IMG/VR virus record: IMGVR_UViG_3300021197_001233
Coordinates: 218 to 64,217 of that record
Source of the DNA: a virus
Taxonomy: Duplodnaviria; Caudoviricetes
Reading direction: 5' to 3' (one strand)
DNA length: 64,000 nucleotides
The translations under genes and the position numbers were made by a program. Within the stretch, counting starts at the first letter, position 1. Each line of letters opens with the position of its first letter. This document shows, one piece after another, positions 7,811 to 15,723 of this stretch. The notes below the pieces were generated by a model. That model saw only the letters and a list, made by a program, of their open reading frames with translations, was not told the origin of the DNA and did not search any database.

Positions 7811-7838
7811 AAAAAAAGGCCCCTTTCGGGGCCTTTTC
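7811..7838. terminator. bidirectional intrinsic terminator
   Basis: aaaaggcccc-tttc-ggggcctttt between convergent genes. Confidence 0.85.
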
Positions 7839-7850
7839 TGTTTATCTGCA

Positions 7851-8309
7851 TCACTTGTTCCACAGTGCCTGCGACAGCAATGGTATCTCTGTGCTACCAA
7901 CAGTATGAGTGCTAAGGTTTAGAATGTGGTCGTCAGTAACCATTGTCTCGTAGGGACAGTCCTCTTCTAGGTAGTAGTCGAGGTAGTCCTCATTCATTAC
8001 TACGTATGATCCGAAACAAAGCGGCTTTCCCTCCTTGAAGGGTACGATAACGTATACGCCTGGATCGGTGTATGTGAAGCATGCATTCTCTGCAGGAAGG
8101 TCTGTCACGATTTCAAGGTCTTGAGTGAAAAACCCTTGCGGTGGGACGAACTTAACTCCGTTCTTGGGAATGACATCTTCTACAACGAATACTGCAAACA
8201 TGTCTGCAGAGTCTACGTTTGAGGCGAAGTTTTCGGTGAATGTCCGTGAAAGCTGCGCTGATGCGGTAGTCGCGATCAGTACGGCTAATCCTGCAAGTAA
8301 GTTCTTCAT
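7851..8309 (-). CDS. secreted protein (Sec signal peptide)
   Basis: MKNLLAGLAVLIATTASA/Q: AxA followed by Gln, the Bacteroidota Q-rule. Confidence 0.75.
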   Translation of the reverse strand: MKNLLAGLAVLIATTASAQLSRTFTENFASNVDSADMFAVFVVEDVIPKNGVKFVPPQGFFTQDLEIVTDLPAENACFTYTDPGVYVIVPFKEGKPLCFGSYVVMNEDYLDYYLEEDCPYETMVTDDHILNLSTHTVGSTEIPLLSQALWNK

Positions 8310-8310
8310 C

Positions 8311-8490
8311 TTATTTGATTGTTTCGTTCTGTCCTGGCAGAGGTGAATTTAAGTGATTGATCGCAATGATCATCTCTTCGATCTGGGCTCCGCTGTAACG
8401 CTTATGCAAGCGGTTGTTCTTTGACGCCTCGTCGTCCACGAAAAGGCAACCGACAATTACGAGGGCTGCTGCTGCAAGTGTGTACTTCAT
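8311..8490 (-). CDS. 59-aa putative lipoprotein/membrane protein (not in ORF track)
   Basis: MKYTLAAAALVIVGC (lipobox-like IVGC)...NETIK*, stop 1 nt before the next ATG. Confidence 0.55.
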   Translation of the reverse strand: MKYTLAAAALVIVGCLFVDDEASKNNRLHKRYSGAQIEEMIIAINHLNSPLPGQNETIK

Positions 8491-8669
8491 TTGTGATTGG
8501 ATTGAATTTTGTAACTTTGTCTAAATCGCTGATCTCAGTATATGGAGAACTTTCGATACTCACAAATTTGGCTTGCAAAAAAACCTTAACGACTTGAAAA
8601 AGCCGTACTTTAACGCCAAGAAGAAACGAAAGGACTCCGCTGTGGAGAACGAAAAACGAAGACTTCATA

Positions 8670-9149
8670 ATGAAGCTATCAGAAAATCTATCACTCGCCG
8701 AATGCCTCCGCAGCAAAACAGCAACGAGGCTCGGGATAAACAATGAGCCAGATGATGAATGGGTTGTCGAAAATCTCAGAGCGGTTGCAGAGCGGGTATT
8801 TCAACCTTGTCGCGACCATTTCGGAGTTCCTATATACGTGTCGTCAGGGTATCGCTCGCCTGATCTCAACCTTGCGATCGGTGGGAGCCACCGCAGTCAG
8901 CACGTGGAAGGAAGAGCACTCGACCTCGATTGCGATGTATACGGCTCTATCACAAACTCTGAGCTCTTCAACTACATTAGAGAGAATCTGGAGTTCGATC
9001 AAATGGTGTGGGAGTTTGGTGATGACGATAATCCTAATTGGGTACACGTCTCTTATGTTCATGGCGGACATAATCGCAAGAGGTGCCTACGCGCTCGCAG
9101 GGATGATAACAACAAGGTTTACTACGAAGTAATTTACAAGCAACTATGA
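8670..9149 (+). CDS. peptidase M15A family endolysin
   Basis: SGYRS...SQHVEGRALD...WVHVS zinc-binding motifs. Confidence 0.88.
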   Translation: MKLSENLSLAECLRSKTATRLGINNEPDDEWVVENLRAVAERVFQPCRDHFGVPIYVSSGYRSPDLNLAIGGSHRSQHVEGRALDLDCDVYGSITNSELFNYIRENLEFDQMVWEFGDDDNPNWVHVSYVHGGHNRKRCLRARRDDNNKVYYEVIYKQL

Positions 9150-9280
9150 AGGAGGAAGATTTCGACGACATCAGCTTTTTGGATCAGGACAAACTGAAGA
9201 AGCAAGAGGCTAAAATTGAGTCTGGTGATATAACATGCAACCTCGACAGCCCCGAGGATTGCGAAAGCTGCAGCGGATAA
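9146..9280 (+). CDS. 44-aa acidic peptide ending CNLDSPEDCESCSG (RNR-alpha tail-like; not in ORF track)
   Basis: ATGA-coupled to endolysin and TAATG-coupled to next gene. Confidence 0.75.
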   Translation: MKEEDFDDISFLDQDKLKKQEAKIESGDITCNLDSPEDCESCSG

Positions 9281-10089
9281 TGTTAGGCCTAGGATTAAGT
9301 TTAAACTCCTCTGTACAGGAGTCGTCCGTCTCCAGGCTTCCATCCTACTCTAATAGCCACAACATTTTTGTTGACGGAACAGAGGCCGTAGGTATCCTTG
9401 ACTCAACCGACATCACGAGTATCTTTGGAGGCAATTACACCTATTCGTTTTGGGTTTATGATACTGCTTATAATACTTCTTATGCTTGCGGAACCAAGAA
9501 GAGCACAACTCCTACTTATGAAATTGGCGTTCGATTCTTAAACCTTGGCGTTATGTATCTTCAAGTATTTCATGAGGCCGATGGCACAGGGGGTAGCGCT
9601 TTCTATAATGTCGGCTCATCCCTCACGAATTCGAATTGGCATCAGATTACCGTTACATGCACGGCGGGGGCAACGGGTTCTGACAACGCAACAATAAAGA
9701 CGTATCTCAATGGAAGCCTTGTGGGTACGAACACCAGTGGCCCAACGAAGGATAAGCAAGATGCTTTTGCTGCCACAAGTGGATCCCTGTTTGGGGTCGG
9801 GGCTAGATATAGTGACTTGAACTCCCCAACCTTCCACACAAGCTCTTACTTTGATGAGTTTGCATTCTGGAGCGCGGTCTTGGATGCCGATGCTGTTTCG
9901 GCTATATACAACAGTGGGGACTCCATAGACCTGTCTGTGGACAGTGGGGACTATGACCGTTCCTCTGACCTTGAAAGCTGGTATAGATTTAATAACGACT
10001 TTACCGACAGTCAAGGAAATTCAACTACAGGCACAGCTGTTGGAGATCCCCTTTTCGGTTCATCTGACAATCCACCAGGAACCCCATGA
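9280..10089 (+). CDS. LamG/concanavalin A-like domain virion protein
   Basis: Start MLGLGLSL at 9280; YTYSFWV, WHQITVT, TYLNG, FDEFAFWSAVL. Confidence 0.85.
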   Translation: MLGLGLSLNSSVQESSVSRLPSYSNSHNIFVDGTEAVGILDSTDITSIFGGNYTYSFWVYDTAYNTSYACGTKKSTTPTYEIGVRFLNLGVMYLQVFHEADGTGGSAFYNVGSSLTNSNWHQITVTCTAGATGSDNATIKTYLNGSLVGTNTSGPTKDKQDAFAATSGSLFGVGARYSDLNSPTFHTSSYFDEFAFWSAVLDADAVSAIYNSGDSIDLSVDSGDYDRSSDLESWYRFNNDFTDSQGNSTTGTAVGDPLFGSSDNPPGTP

Positions 10090-10337
10090 ACAAGTACGTA
10101 ATAGTAAGCAAGTCGGAGTTAGACGACCCCAACACCACAATAGATTTTTCTCAACTGTTGTATCCAGATAAGGACAAGTTGAGGTATAGTATTGCTGGCG
10201 ATAAATCAGTCATTAAGTACGAGACTCCGATTCCTAGTTTCTTTTCTGGCAAGACTACATATACCTTATCTCAGATAACCCCAATACTTGAGGGTAGTGA
10301 GTGGACCGAGGTTATAACAGAGGACGATATACTTTAA
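10086..10337 (+). CDS. conserved phage hypothetical protein
   Basis: IDFSQL...LRYS..G.KSVIKY...EWT, a type often seen after LamG genes in marine phages. Confidence 0.7.
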   Translation: MNKYVIVSKSELDDPNTTIDFSQLLYPDKDKLRYSIAGDKSVIKYETPIPSFFSGKTTYTLSQITPILEGSEWTEVITEDDIL

Positions 10338-10756
10338 TCTTCTAGTTCCCCGTAGAACCTCTGCACCAGAAGCCTTCCTTTTTGCGTTAGAGAGTATCTA
10401 ACTCTATAGTTGAACTTAGTCTCATCCCTAAAAAGGTGATCCTCATACTTTTGTGAGGGGGTGAGCTTGTCAAAGTATTTGTACACGTAACCAGCCTTAA
10501 CTAGTTCGTATACAATGCGTTCGCCTATTTTTTTGGCAGAAGAATACCCGTAATCCTTGGCCGCATAAGACAGAGTCCAGAACTCTAAATCGTAGGCCCA
10601 CAGCATGAACATGAGCTCTTTTTCGAAGATGTCTCTCTTCACGCAGAACTCATTTACACTCTTTCTCAGATACTTAAGGTGATTGTTTTTTACGTACCTT
10701 TGGTTAAGCTTAGAGAACTCGCGGAACATCTTCCCCCTTGATTTCTTTGCTGGCAT
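10334..10756 (-). CDS. winged-helix (MarR-like) DNA-binding protein
   Basis: ELVKAGYV...RYSLTQKGRLLV; own TATCTTTG promoter overlapping the start of the divergent gene. Confidence 0.7.
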   Translation of the reverse strand: MPAKKSRGKMFREFSKLNQRYVKNNHLKYLRKSVNEFCVKRDIFEKELMFMLWAYDLEFWTLSYAAKDYGYSSAKKIGERIVYELVKAGYVYKYFDKLTPSQKYEDHLFRDETKFNYRVRYSLTQKGRLLVQRFYGELED

Positions 10757-10780
10757 TGAAATAAATTATACCGCAAAGAT

Positions 10781-11071
10781 ATGGAAGACGAGGAATTTTT
10801 GTACAGAATCAGGGAGTTGGCGGTTGCAATGGACGACCTCGTGGACGAATACGGGGTCAGAGATCGACTAATGTCAATCATGATTATCGGTGTGACCGAG
10901 CAGAACGAGCTAGGTGACACCAACATGAAGGCGGTGTATAGCTACAACCTCCACAACAAGGAGGAGCTGGATGAACTAATTGAATTTATGCAAGACACAT
11001 ACGTTGAGAAAGAGGACGAAGGACCAGATCTGGATGACCTACTCAACGGTCTTGATATATCGCTAAACTAA
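10781..11071 (+). CDS. acidic hypothetical protein
   Basis: 96-aa ORF in late operon. Confidence 0.7.
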   Translation: MEDEEFLYRIRELAVAMDDLVDEYGVRDRLMSIMIIGVTEQNELGDTNMKAVYSYNLHNKEELDELIEFMQDTYVEKEDEGPDLDDLLNGLDISLN

Positions 11072-11072
11072 A

Positions 11073-11312
11073 ATGGAGGGACTTATTAGGAAGATCGTCG
11101 TGGGTAGAGACCCAAAGGACGCTATGGCATATTATGTTGGCATGAGAGCAGGTAAGGGCAAGGTTAGCGCCATTGTTCTTGACCACGAGCACCTCCATAG
11201 GCACGGATCAAAAAGATATCTTGTATATTTGCAAGACGAGGATGATTCTCAGGTGCTGTGGAAGTCCATAGACAGCATGCCCTGCATGGTGGAGTTTGAT
11301 CTAAATTTTTAA
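11073..11312 (+). CDS. conserved phage hypothetical protein
   Basis: LIRKIVVGRDPKDAMAYYVG...WK...MPCMVEFDLNF. Confidence 0.75.
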   Translation: MEGLIRKIVVGRDPKDAMAYYVGMRAGKGKVSAIVLDHEHLHRHGSKRYLVYLQDEDDSQVLWKSIDSMPCMVEFDLNF

Positions 11313-11314
11313 TT

Positions 11315-11563
11315 ATGTCACACAAAAGCTATCCTAACGGGGAGTCTATCCCTCACTCGCTTCCAGACGCATACAAAGCAGCAACCACAAACGCAAAGTG
11401 CTCTAACTGCAACTTCTTTACGAGCAACCAGTCGTACTGCACGAAGTGGTCGGCACCTGTTAGGGGTAACTACGTTTGTGCCGCATGGAAGGCAAGGCAG
11501 CCTCAGAACAGAACATCATTTTCAAATACAACAAATAGACCTAGAAATGTCAGAGGATACTAA
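11315..11563 (+). CDS. HiPIP-like four-Cys protein
   Basis: Y-x8-CSNC-NFF-x6-C-x12-CAAW pattern. Confidence 0.55.
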   Translation: MSHKSYPNGESIPHSLPDAYKAATTNAKCSNCNFFTSNQSYCTKWSAPVRGNYVCAAWKARQPQNRTSFSNTTNRPRNVRGY

Positions 11564-11723
11564 AAAGAAGCCAGAGGGCCTCGGTGATACTATCGCGGAG
11601 ATTACTAGAGCCACCAGAATCAAGAACATTGTTGACCATATCAGCAATAAGACAGGAAAGGACTGCGGTTGCGCGAAGAGGCAGAAGGCGCTCAATAAGA
11701 TGTTCCCATACAGTAACAAGTGA
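11547..11723 (+). CDS. small conserved phage protein (GLGDT...CGC motif)
   Basis: Start MSEDTKKK; GLGDTI...DCGCAKRQKALNKMFPY. Confidence 0.7.
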   Translation: MSEDTKKKPEGLGDTIAEITRATRIKNIVDHISNKTGKDCGCAKRQKALNKMFPYSNK

Positions 11724-12325
11724 AGACATTTGACTTGTTTATCGTTGAACTGGAAAAAACGGTCAACGATACAATTACCACCGACTCAGGTCTTGAGCTC
11801 TACATTGAGACAAAGTTTGAGAACGGTGAGTTCGATCACAGGGTCACTCATGGGCCAGTTGTGGCTGTACCTTTTAAGTATGACACTGGGGTCAGCGTCG
11901 GGGATACTCTATACTTTCACCACCTTGTCGTCATGCAGGAGGGGCAAGTACTTACTGGTGTCGATAATCACTACTTTGTTCAGTACGGCAAGCAAGCTAT
12001 TGGTAACCAGGCGTTTGCGTACAAAAGCAAAGAGACTGGAGAGATAAAGTGCCTTGGTGGATGGACACTTCTTGAACCTATCGAAGAGGAACCTAAAGAC
12101 TCTGGAGTCATTGAGGTTGTAAGTCTTAAGGATAAGCTCCCGACAAAGGGCCGCGTCGTTTATACGTGCGGAGACGGTACAGCTGATGACGTGGTTGTAA
12201 ATCCAGGCGATGTGGTGGGGTTCAAAGAGAACCGAGATTACAGAATCAAAATTGACGGTGTGGAGATGTACAGAACCCGCGCCGAAGATCTTCTATATGT
12301 CGAAGAAGAAGTTTACAACGATTGA
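11720..12325 (+). CDS. GroES-like co-chaperonin (two tandem GroES-like units)
   Basis: GPVVAVP...VSVGDTLYF and KGRVVY.G...VNPGDVVGF...IKIDGVEMY...EDL. Confidence 0.7.
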   Translation: MKTFDLFIVELEKTVNDTITTDSGLELYIETKFENGEFDHRVTHGPVVAVPFKYDTGVSVGDTLYFHHLVVMQEGQVLTGVDNHYFVQYGKQAIGNQAFAYKSKETGEIKCLGGWTLLEPIEEEPKDSGVIEVVSLKDKLPTKGRVVYTCGDGTADDVVVNPGDVVGFKENRDYRIKIDGVEMYRTRAEDLLYVEEEVYND

Positions 12326-12587
12326 CGCGGCTCAGAGCCTTATGCACAGCATGGAGGTCGCCATTAACAACATGATTGACGAGGTAAAGAAGCCTGTCGA
12401 TCCAGATGCGGGTGGAGCTGCTAGAAAGGCCGAGCTTCAATCCATTAAGCAGACGGCCACGGATTGTAAGGAGCTGCTGGTTGAACGCCAGCGTCTTGAA
12501 CAAATGATCAAAGACCTAAGGGACAATGGACAAATCGAACAAGCCAAAGACTACTCAGGAGGTTTTGCTGAAAGATTCTCTAAATGA
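12297..12587 (+). CDS. probable terminase small subunit
   Basis: Helical 96-aa protein ending GFAERFSK, upstream of the large subunit; positional inference. Confidence 0.45.
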   Translation: MSKKKFTTIDAAQSLMHSMEVAINNMIDEVKKPVDPDAGGAARKAELQSIKQTATDCKELLVERQRLEQMIKDLRDNGQIEQAKDYSGGFAERFSK

Positions 12588-12668
12588 TTGGAAGAAGATA
12601 GTTTGGCAATACAGCAGGACCGACTATAGATTCTGGGAAGATTCTTGGAATAAAGATTTTGAGGACTA

Positions 12669-13013
12669 ATGGCCTATAAGGACCCAGAGGACCAGAAGAA
12701 GTTTTCCGCCGCACACTACGAGAAGTATAAGGATCAGTATAAGTCTAGATCTAAAAAGAGGAACAGAAATCAACGCAAGTGGGGTCGGGAGTTTATTCAA
12801 AGGGTTAAAAAAAATCTTCCGTGTGTGGATTGCGGTGAATCAAATCCAGTTGTTCTAGAATTTGACCACGTTTGCGGCGAAAAGCACCATAACATATCTG
12901 ACATGGTGAATCAATCCTACTGTATAGACACAATAAAAAAGGAAATTCGGAAGTGTGAAGTTAGGTGCGCTAACTGCCACAGAAAGAAGACCTTTGAAAG
13001 GAGAAACACATAG
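12669..13013 (+). CDS. HNH endonuclease
   Basis: CVDC...LEFDH...KCEVRCANCH. Confidence 0.88.
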   Translation: MAYKDPEDQKKFSAAHYEKYKDQYKSRSKKRNRNQRKWGREFIQRVKKNLPCVDCGESNPVVLEFDHVCGEKHHNISDMVNQSYCIDTIKKEIRKCEVRCANCHRKKTFERRNT

Positions 13014-13090
13014 CCGCAAGTATCCCCTCAAGCTTATACCTTGTAGAAAGGGTAACTGGTCACATGTGGGTTCGAGTCCCACCTTGCGGA
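13014..13090 (+). tRNA. atypical tRNA-Ile(UAU)-like gene with rearranged D-arm
   Basis: Acceptor CCGCAAG/CUUGCGG, CAAG-CUUAUAC-CUUG anticodon arm, GUGGG-UUCGAGU-CCCAC T-arm; no canonical D-arm. Confidence 0.7.
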
Positions 13091-13118
13091 CAAGGTGAAC
13101 GTGTCGTATATTTGCGAC

Positions 13119-13373
13119 ATGCGCGTCAAGAAAAAACGCAACTACAAGAGAGAGTACCGACTCTTCCACAAAAGCAAGAACGCTAAGAAGGCTCGCGCTG
13201 GAAGAAATTTACGGCGCAGGAGGGCCGAAAGGGAAGGCAGGGTCTCTAAGGGTGACGGCAAAGATGTTCATCACTATACGGTCGGAGGGGCAACTAAGAC
13301 CAGGGTCGAGCCAGCCTCAGTAAATAGAGGCAGAACCGAGGCCTCTAGGAGGCCAGGGAGTAATAGAAAATAA
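13119..13373 (+). CDS. basic HNH-like phage protein
   Basis: Start MRVKKKRNYKREY after promoter 13107; KGDGKDVHH...SVNRG. Confidence 0.7.
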   Translation: MRVKKKRNYKREYRLFHKSKNAKKARAGRNLRRRRAEREGRVSKGDGKDVHHYTVGGATKTRVEPASVNRGRTEASRRPGSNRK

Positions 13374-13379
13374 ACGTAT

Positions 13380-13453
13380 GCACCTGTAGCTCAACAGGAT
13401 AGAGCAGCGCACTTCTAATGCGCAGGTTTCAGGTTCGAGTCCTGACAGGTGTA
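13380..13453 (+). tRNA. tRNA-Arg(UCU)
   Basis: Canonical cloverleaf GCACCUG/CAGGUGU, GCGCA-CUUCUAA-UGCGC, GGUUCGAGUCC. Confidence 0.95.
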
Positions 13454-13466
13454 CAAATTAAATACA

Positions 13467-13598
13467 ATGGCAAAGGTTCAAGAATCCACGTACAAGTCCA
13501 AAAGAGTGAGACGAAAAGGAGTTCACTCAAAGAATAAGTCCTCAAAGAATAAGTCCTCAAGGAACTACACTAAGCGATATGCTGGTCAGGGTCGATGA
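13467..13598 (+). CDS. 43-aa basic peptide ending YAGQGR (not in ORF track)
   Basis: MAKVQESTYKSKRVRRKGVHSKNKSSKNKSSRNYTKRYAGQGR*; 15-nt tandem repeat at 13526-13555. Confidence 0.65.
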   Translation: MAKVQESTYKSKRVRRKGVHSKNKSSKNKSSRNYTKRYAGQGR

Positions 13599-15693
13599 CT
13601 ATGATGAGGACGTTATTGCAATTTGCCCCAAGGCTACAACGGGAAACGTTGTTTCGATTGGTGATTTATACATTGCACTTCCCTCTCAGCCTCCCGAAGA
13701 GAAAATTGAAGGATATGGACGTCCAAACAACTTGCAGTTGTGGGAAAGGGTTCCTATGCCATCGGAGCTGTCTAGGATTAAGACTATGGACGAGTGGAGT
13801 GAGATGCCAAGAGAATTCAGACAGAAATTTTCTCCGTATATCGAGGAGGAGTTTCGTCGTCGGCGTGAAGGCTTTTGGTTTTTCAATAACGGTAGGCCTA
13901 CGTATATTACGGGTAGGCACTACATGATGCTTCAATGGACCAAGATAGATATAGGATTTCCTAACTATCTTGCGTTCCAGCGCGAAATTTTTCTACATAT
14001 GGCCGCGTGTGAGGCAGACCCGAGATGTATCGGGCAGCTCTATACGAAGTGCAGGCGTAGCGGGTACACGAATATCTGCTCGTCTGTGCTTTTGGACGAA
14101 GCAACGCAGGTCAAGGATAAACTTCTCGGGATTCAGTCGAAGACGGGTAAGGATGCGCAAGAGAATATATTCATGAAGAAGGTGGTGCAAATGTTTCGTC
14201 ACTACCCCTTCTTCTTTAAACCAATTCAAGATGGTACCACGAATCCACGCATGGAGCTGGCTTTTCGCGAGCCGAGTAAGAGAATCACGAAGAAGAATAA
14301 GAGTGCGCAGAAGGGCGAGGCTCTTAATACGGTAATTAACTGGAAGAACACCACCAACAACGCCTACGATGGTGAAAAGCTTCATCTTATGTATTTGGAT
14401 GAGGCTGGCAAGTGGGAGAAGCCTTCGGATATTAGGGATGCATGGAGAATCCAGCGTACTTGCCTAATCGTCGGTAGAAAAATCGTGGGCAAGGCACTCG
14501 TGGGATCTACTGTAAACCCCATGGATAAGGGCGGTAGAGAGTACAAGGAGCTTTGGCGAGACTCAGACCCCAGCGAAAGAAACGCCAACGGAAGAACTAT
14601 ATCAGGGCTATACCGCCTATTTATCCCTGCCCAGAAGTCTCTTGAAGGGTTCTTCGATGTCTTTGGCAATGCGGTTTCTTATGATCCCCCGTCCTTAATA
14701 GAGGGGCTAGATGGGGAGGACATTCTTATTGGCGCGAAGACTTACTTGAAGAATGAGAGAGAGAGTTTGAAAGGTGATCCTTCTGAGCTTAATGAGGTTA
14801 CGAGGCAGTTCCCGTTTACCACAGATGAGGCATTTCGAGACAGTATCGAGGGTAGCGTCTTCAATATCGGTAAGATCTACGAGCAGGTACAGTATAATGA
14901 TGACCTATTCCCGAACCCTGTCGTTCGAGGCAACCTTATCTGGAAGGACGGCATCAAAGACGGAAAGGTTGTTTTTTCTCCTGACGCAAAGGGTAGGTTT
15001 AGAATATCCTGGATGCCACCAGAAGATCTGAGAAATGTTTCTAAGTTCGATCGAGGCAAACGCATTGCGCCTAATGCGGTGCTGGGTGTCGGCGGTGTTG
15101 ACTCCTACGACCTTGACGCCACCGTCGATGGTCGAGGGTCAAAAGGAGCGCTACACCTGTATAACAAGTTTCACATAGAGCACCCATCGAACATGTTTGT
15201 TCTGGAGTATGCGTCTCGTCCGCCTTTAGCTAAGATTTTCTACGAAGATTGCTTAATGGCTGCGTTTTTCTACGGTTACCCATTATTGATTGAGAACAAC
15301 AAGTATGGAATTGCAAGATACTTTGAATCAAGGGGTTACGATGGCTACCTAATGGATAGGCCATCTCACCTGTCGTCAGGGTCGTCTAATTTTAAGGTCA
15401 AGACTAAAGGCATCCCGTCGAACTCTCAGGATGTCATTCAGTCCCACGCCCATTCAATCGAGTCTTATGTGCATGACCATGTAGGCATAAATAGAGATAC
15501 TGGTGACTACGGAAACATGTACTTCAACAGAACCCTAGAAGACTGGATTGGTTTTCAGATAGACAACAGGACTAAGTTTGACCTTACAATATCTTCTGGG
15601 CTTGCGCTTTTGGCTGCGCAAAAAACAAAATCAAAACCAAAGAAAGACTTCTCTGAGTCTAAATTTTTTAGGCGTTATAAGCCCATAGGATGA
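13579..15693 (+). CDS. terL: terminase large subunit
   Basis: KCRRSGYT Walker A variant, YLDEAGKW Walker B, GSTVN coupling motif, GGVDSYD nuclease motif, KFDLTIS. Confidence 0.92.
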   Translation: MLVRVDDYDEDVIAICPKATTGNVVSIGDLYIALPSQPPEEKIEGYGRPNNLQLWERVPMPSELSRIKTMDEWSEMPREFRQKFSPYIEEEFRRRREGFWFFNNGRPTYITGRHYMMLQWTKIDIGFPNYLAFQREIFLHMAACEADPRCIGQLYTKCRRSGYTNICSSVLLDEATQVKDKLLGIQSKTGKDAQENIFMKKVVQMFRHYPFFFKPIQDGTTNPRMELAFREPSKRITKKNKSAQKGEALNTVINWKNTTNNAYDGEKLHLMYLDEAGKWEKPSDIRDAWRIQRTCLIVGRKIVGKALVGSTVNPMDKGGREYKELWRDSDPSERNANGRTISGLYRLFIPAQKSLEGFFDVFGNAVSYDPPSLIEGLDGEDILIGAKTYLKNERESLKGDPSELNEVTRQFPFTTDEAFRDSIEGSVFNIGKIYEQVQYNDDLFPNPVVRGNLIWKDGIKDGKVVFSPDAKGRFRISWMPPEDLRNVSKFDRGKRIAPNAVLGVGGVDSYDLDATVDGRGSKGALHLYNKFHIEHPSNMFVLEYASRPPLAKIFYEDCLMAAFFYGYPLLIENNKYGIARYFESRGYDGYLMDRPSHLSSGSSNFKVKTKGIPSNSQDVIQSHAHSIESYVHDHVGINRDTGDYGNMYFNRTLEDWIGFQIDNRTKFDLTISSGLALLAAQKTKSKPKKDFSESKFFRRYKPIG

Positions 15694-15723
15694 TTTGTTA
15701 TATTTGCACTATAATCGGGATAA

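Noticed and set aside
12526-12669. 47-aa ORF overlapping the putative terS end and coupled to the HNH gene
   Set aside because: Plausible but without any motif support; left unannotated.
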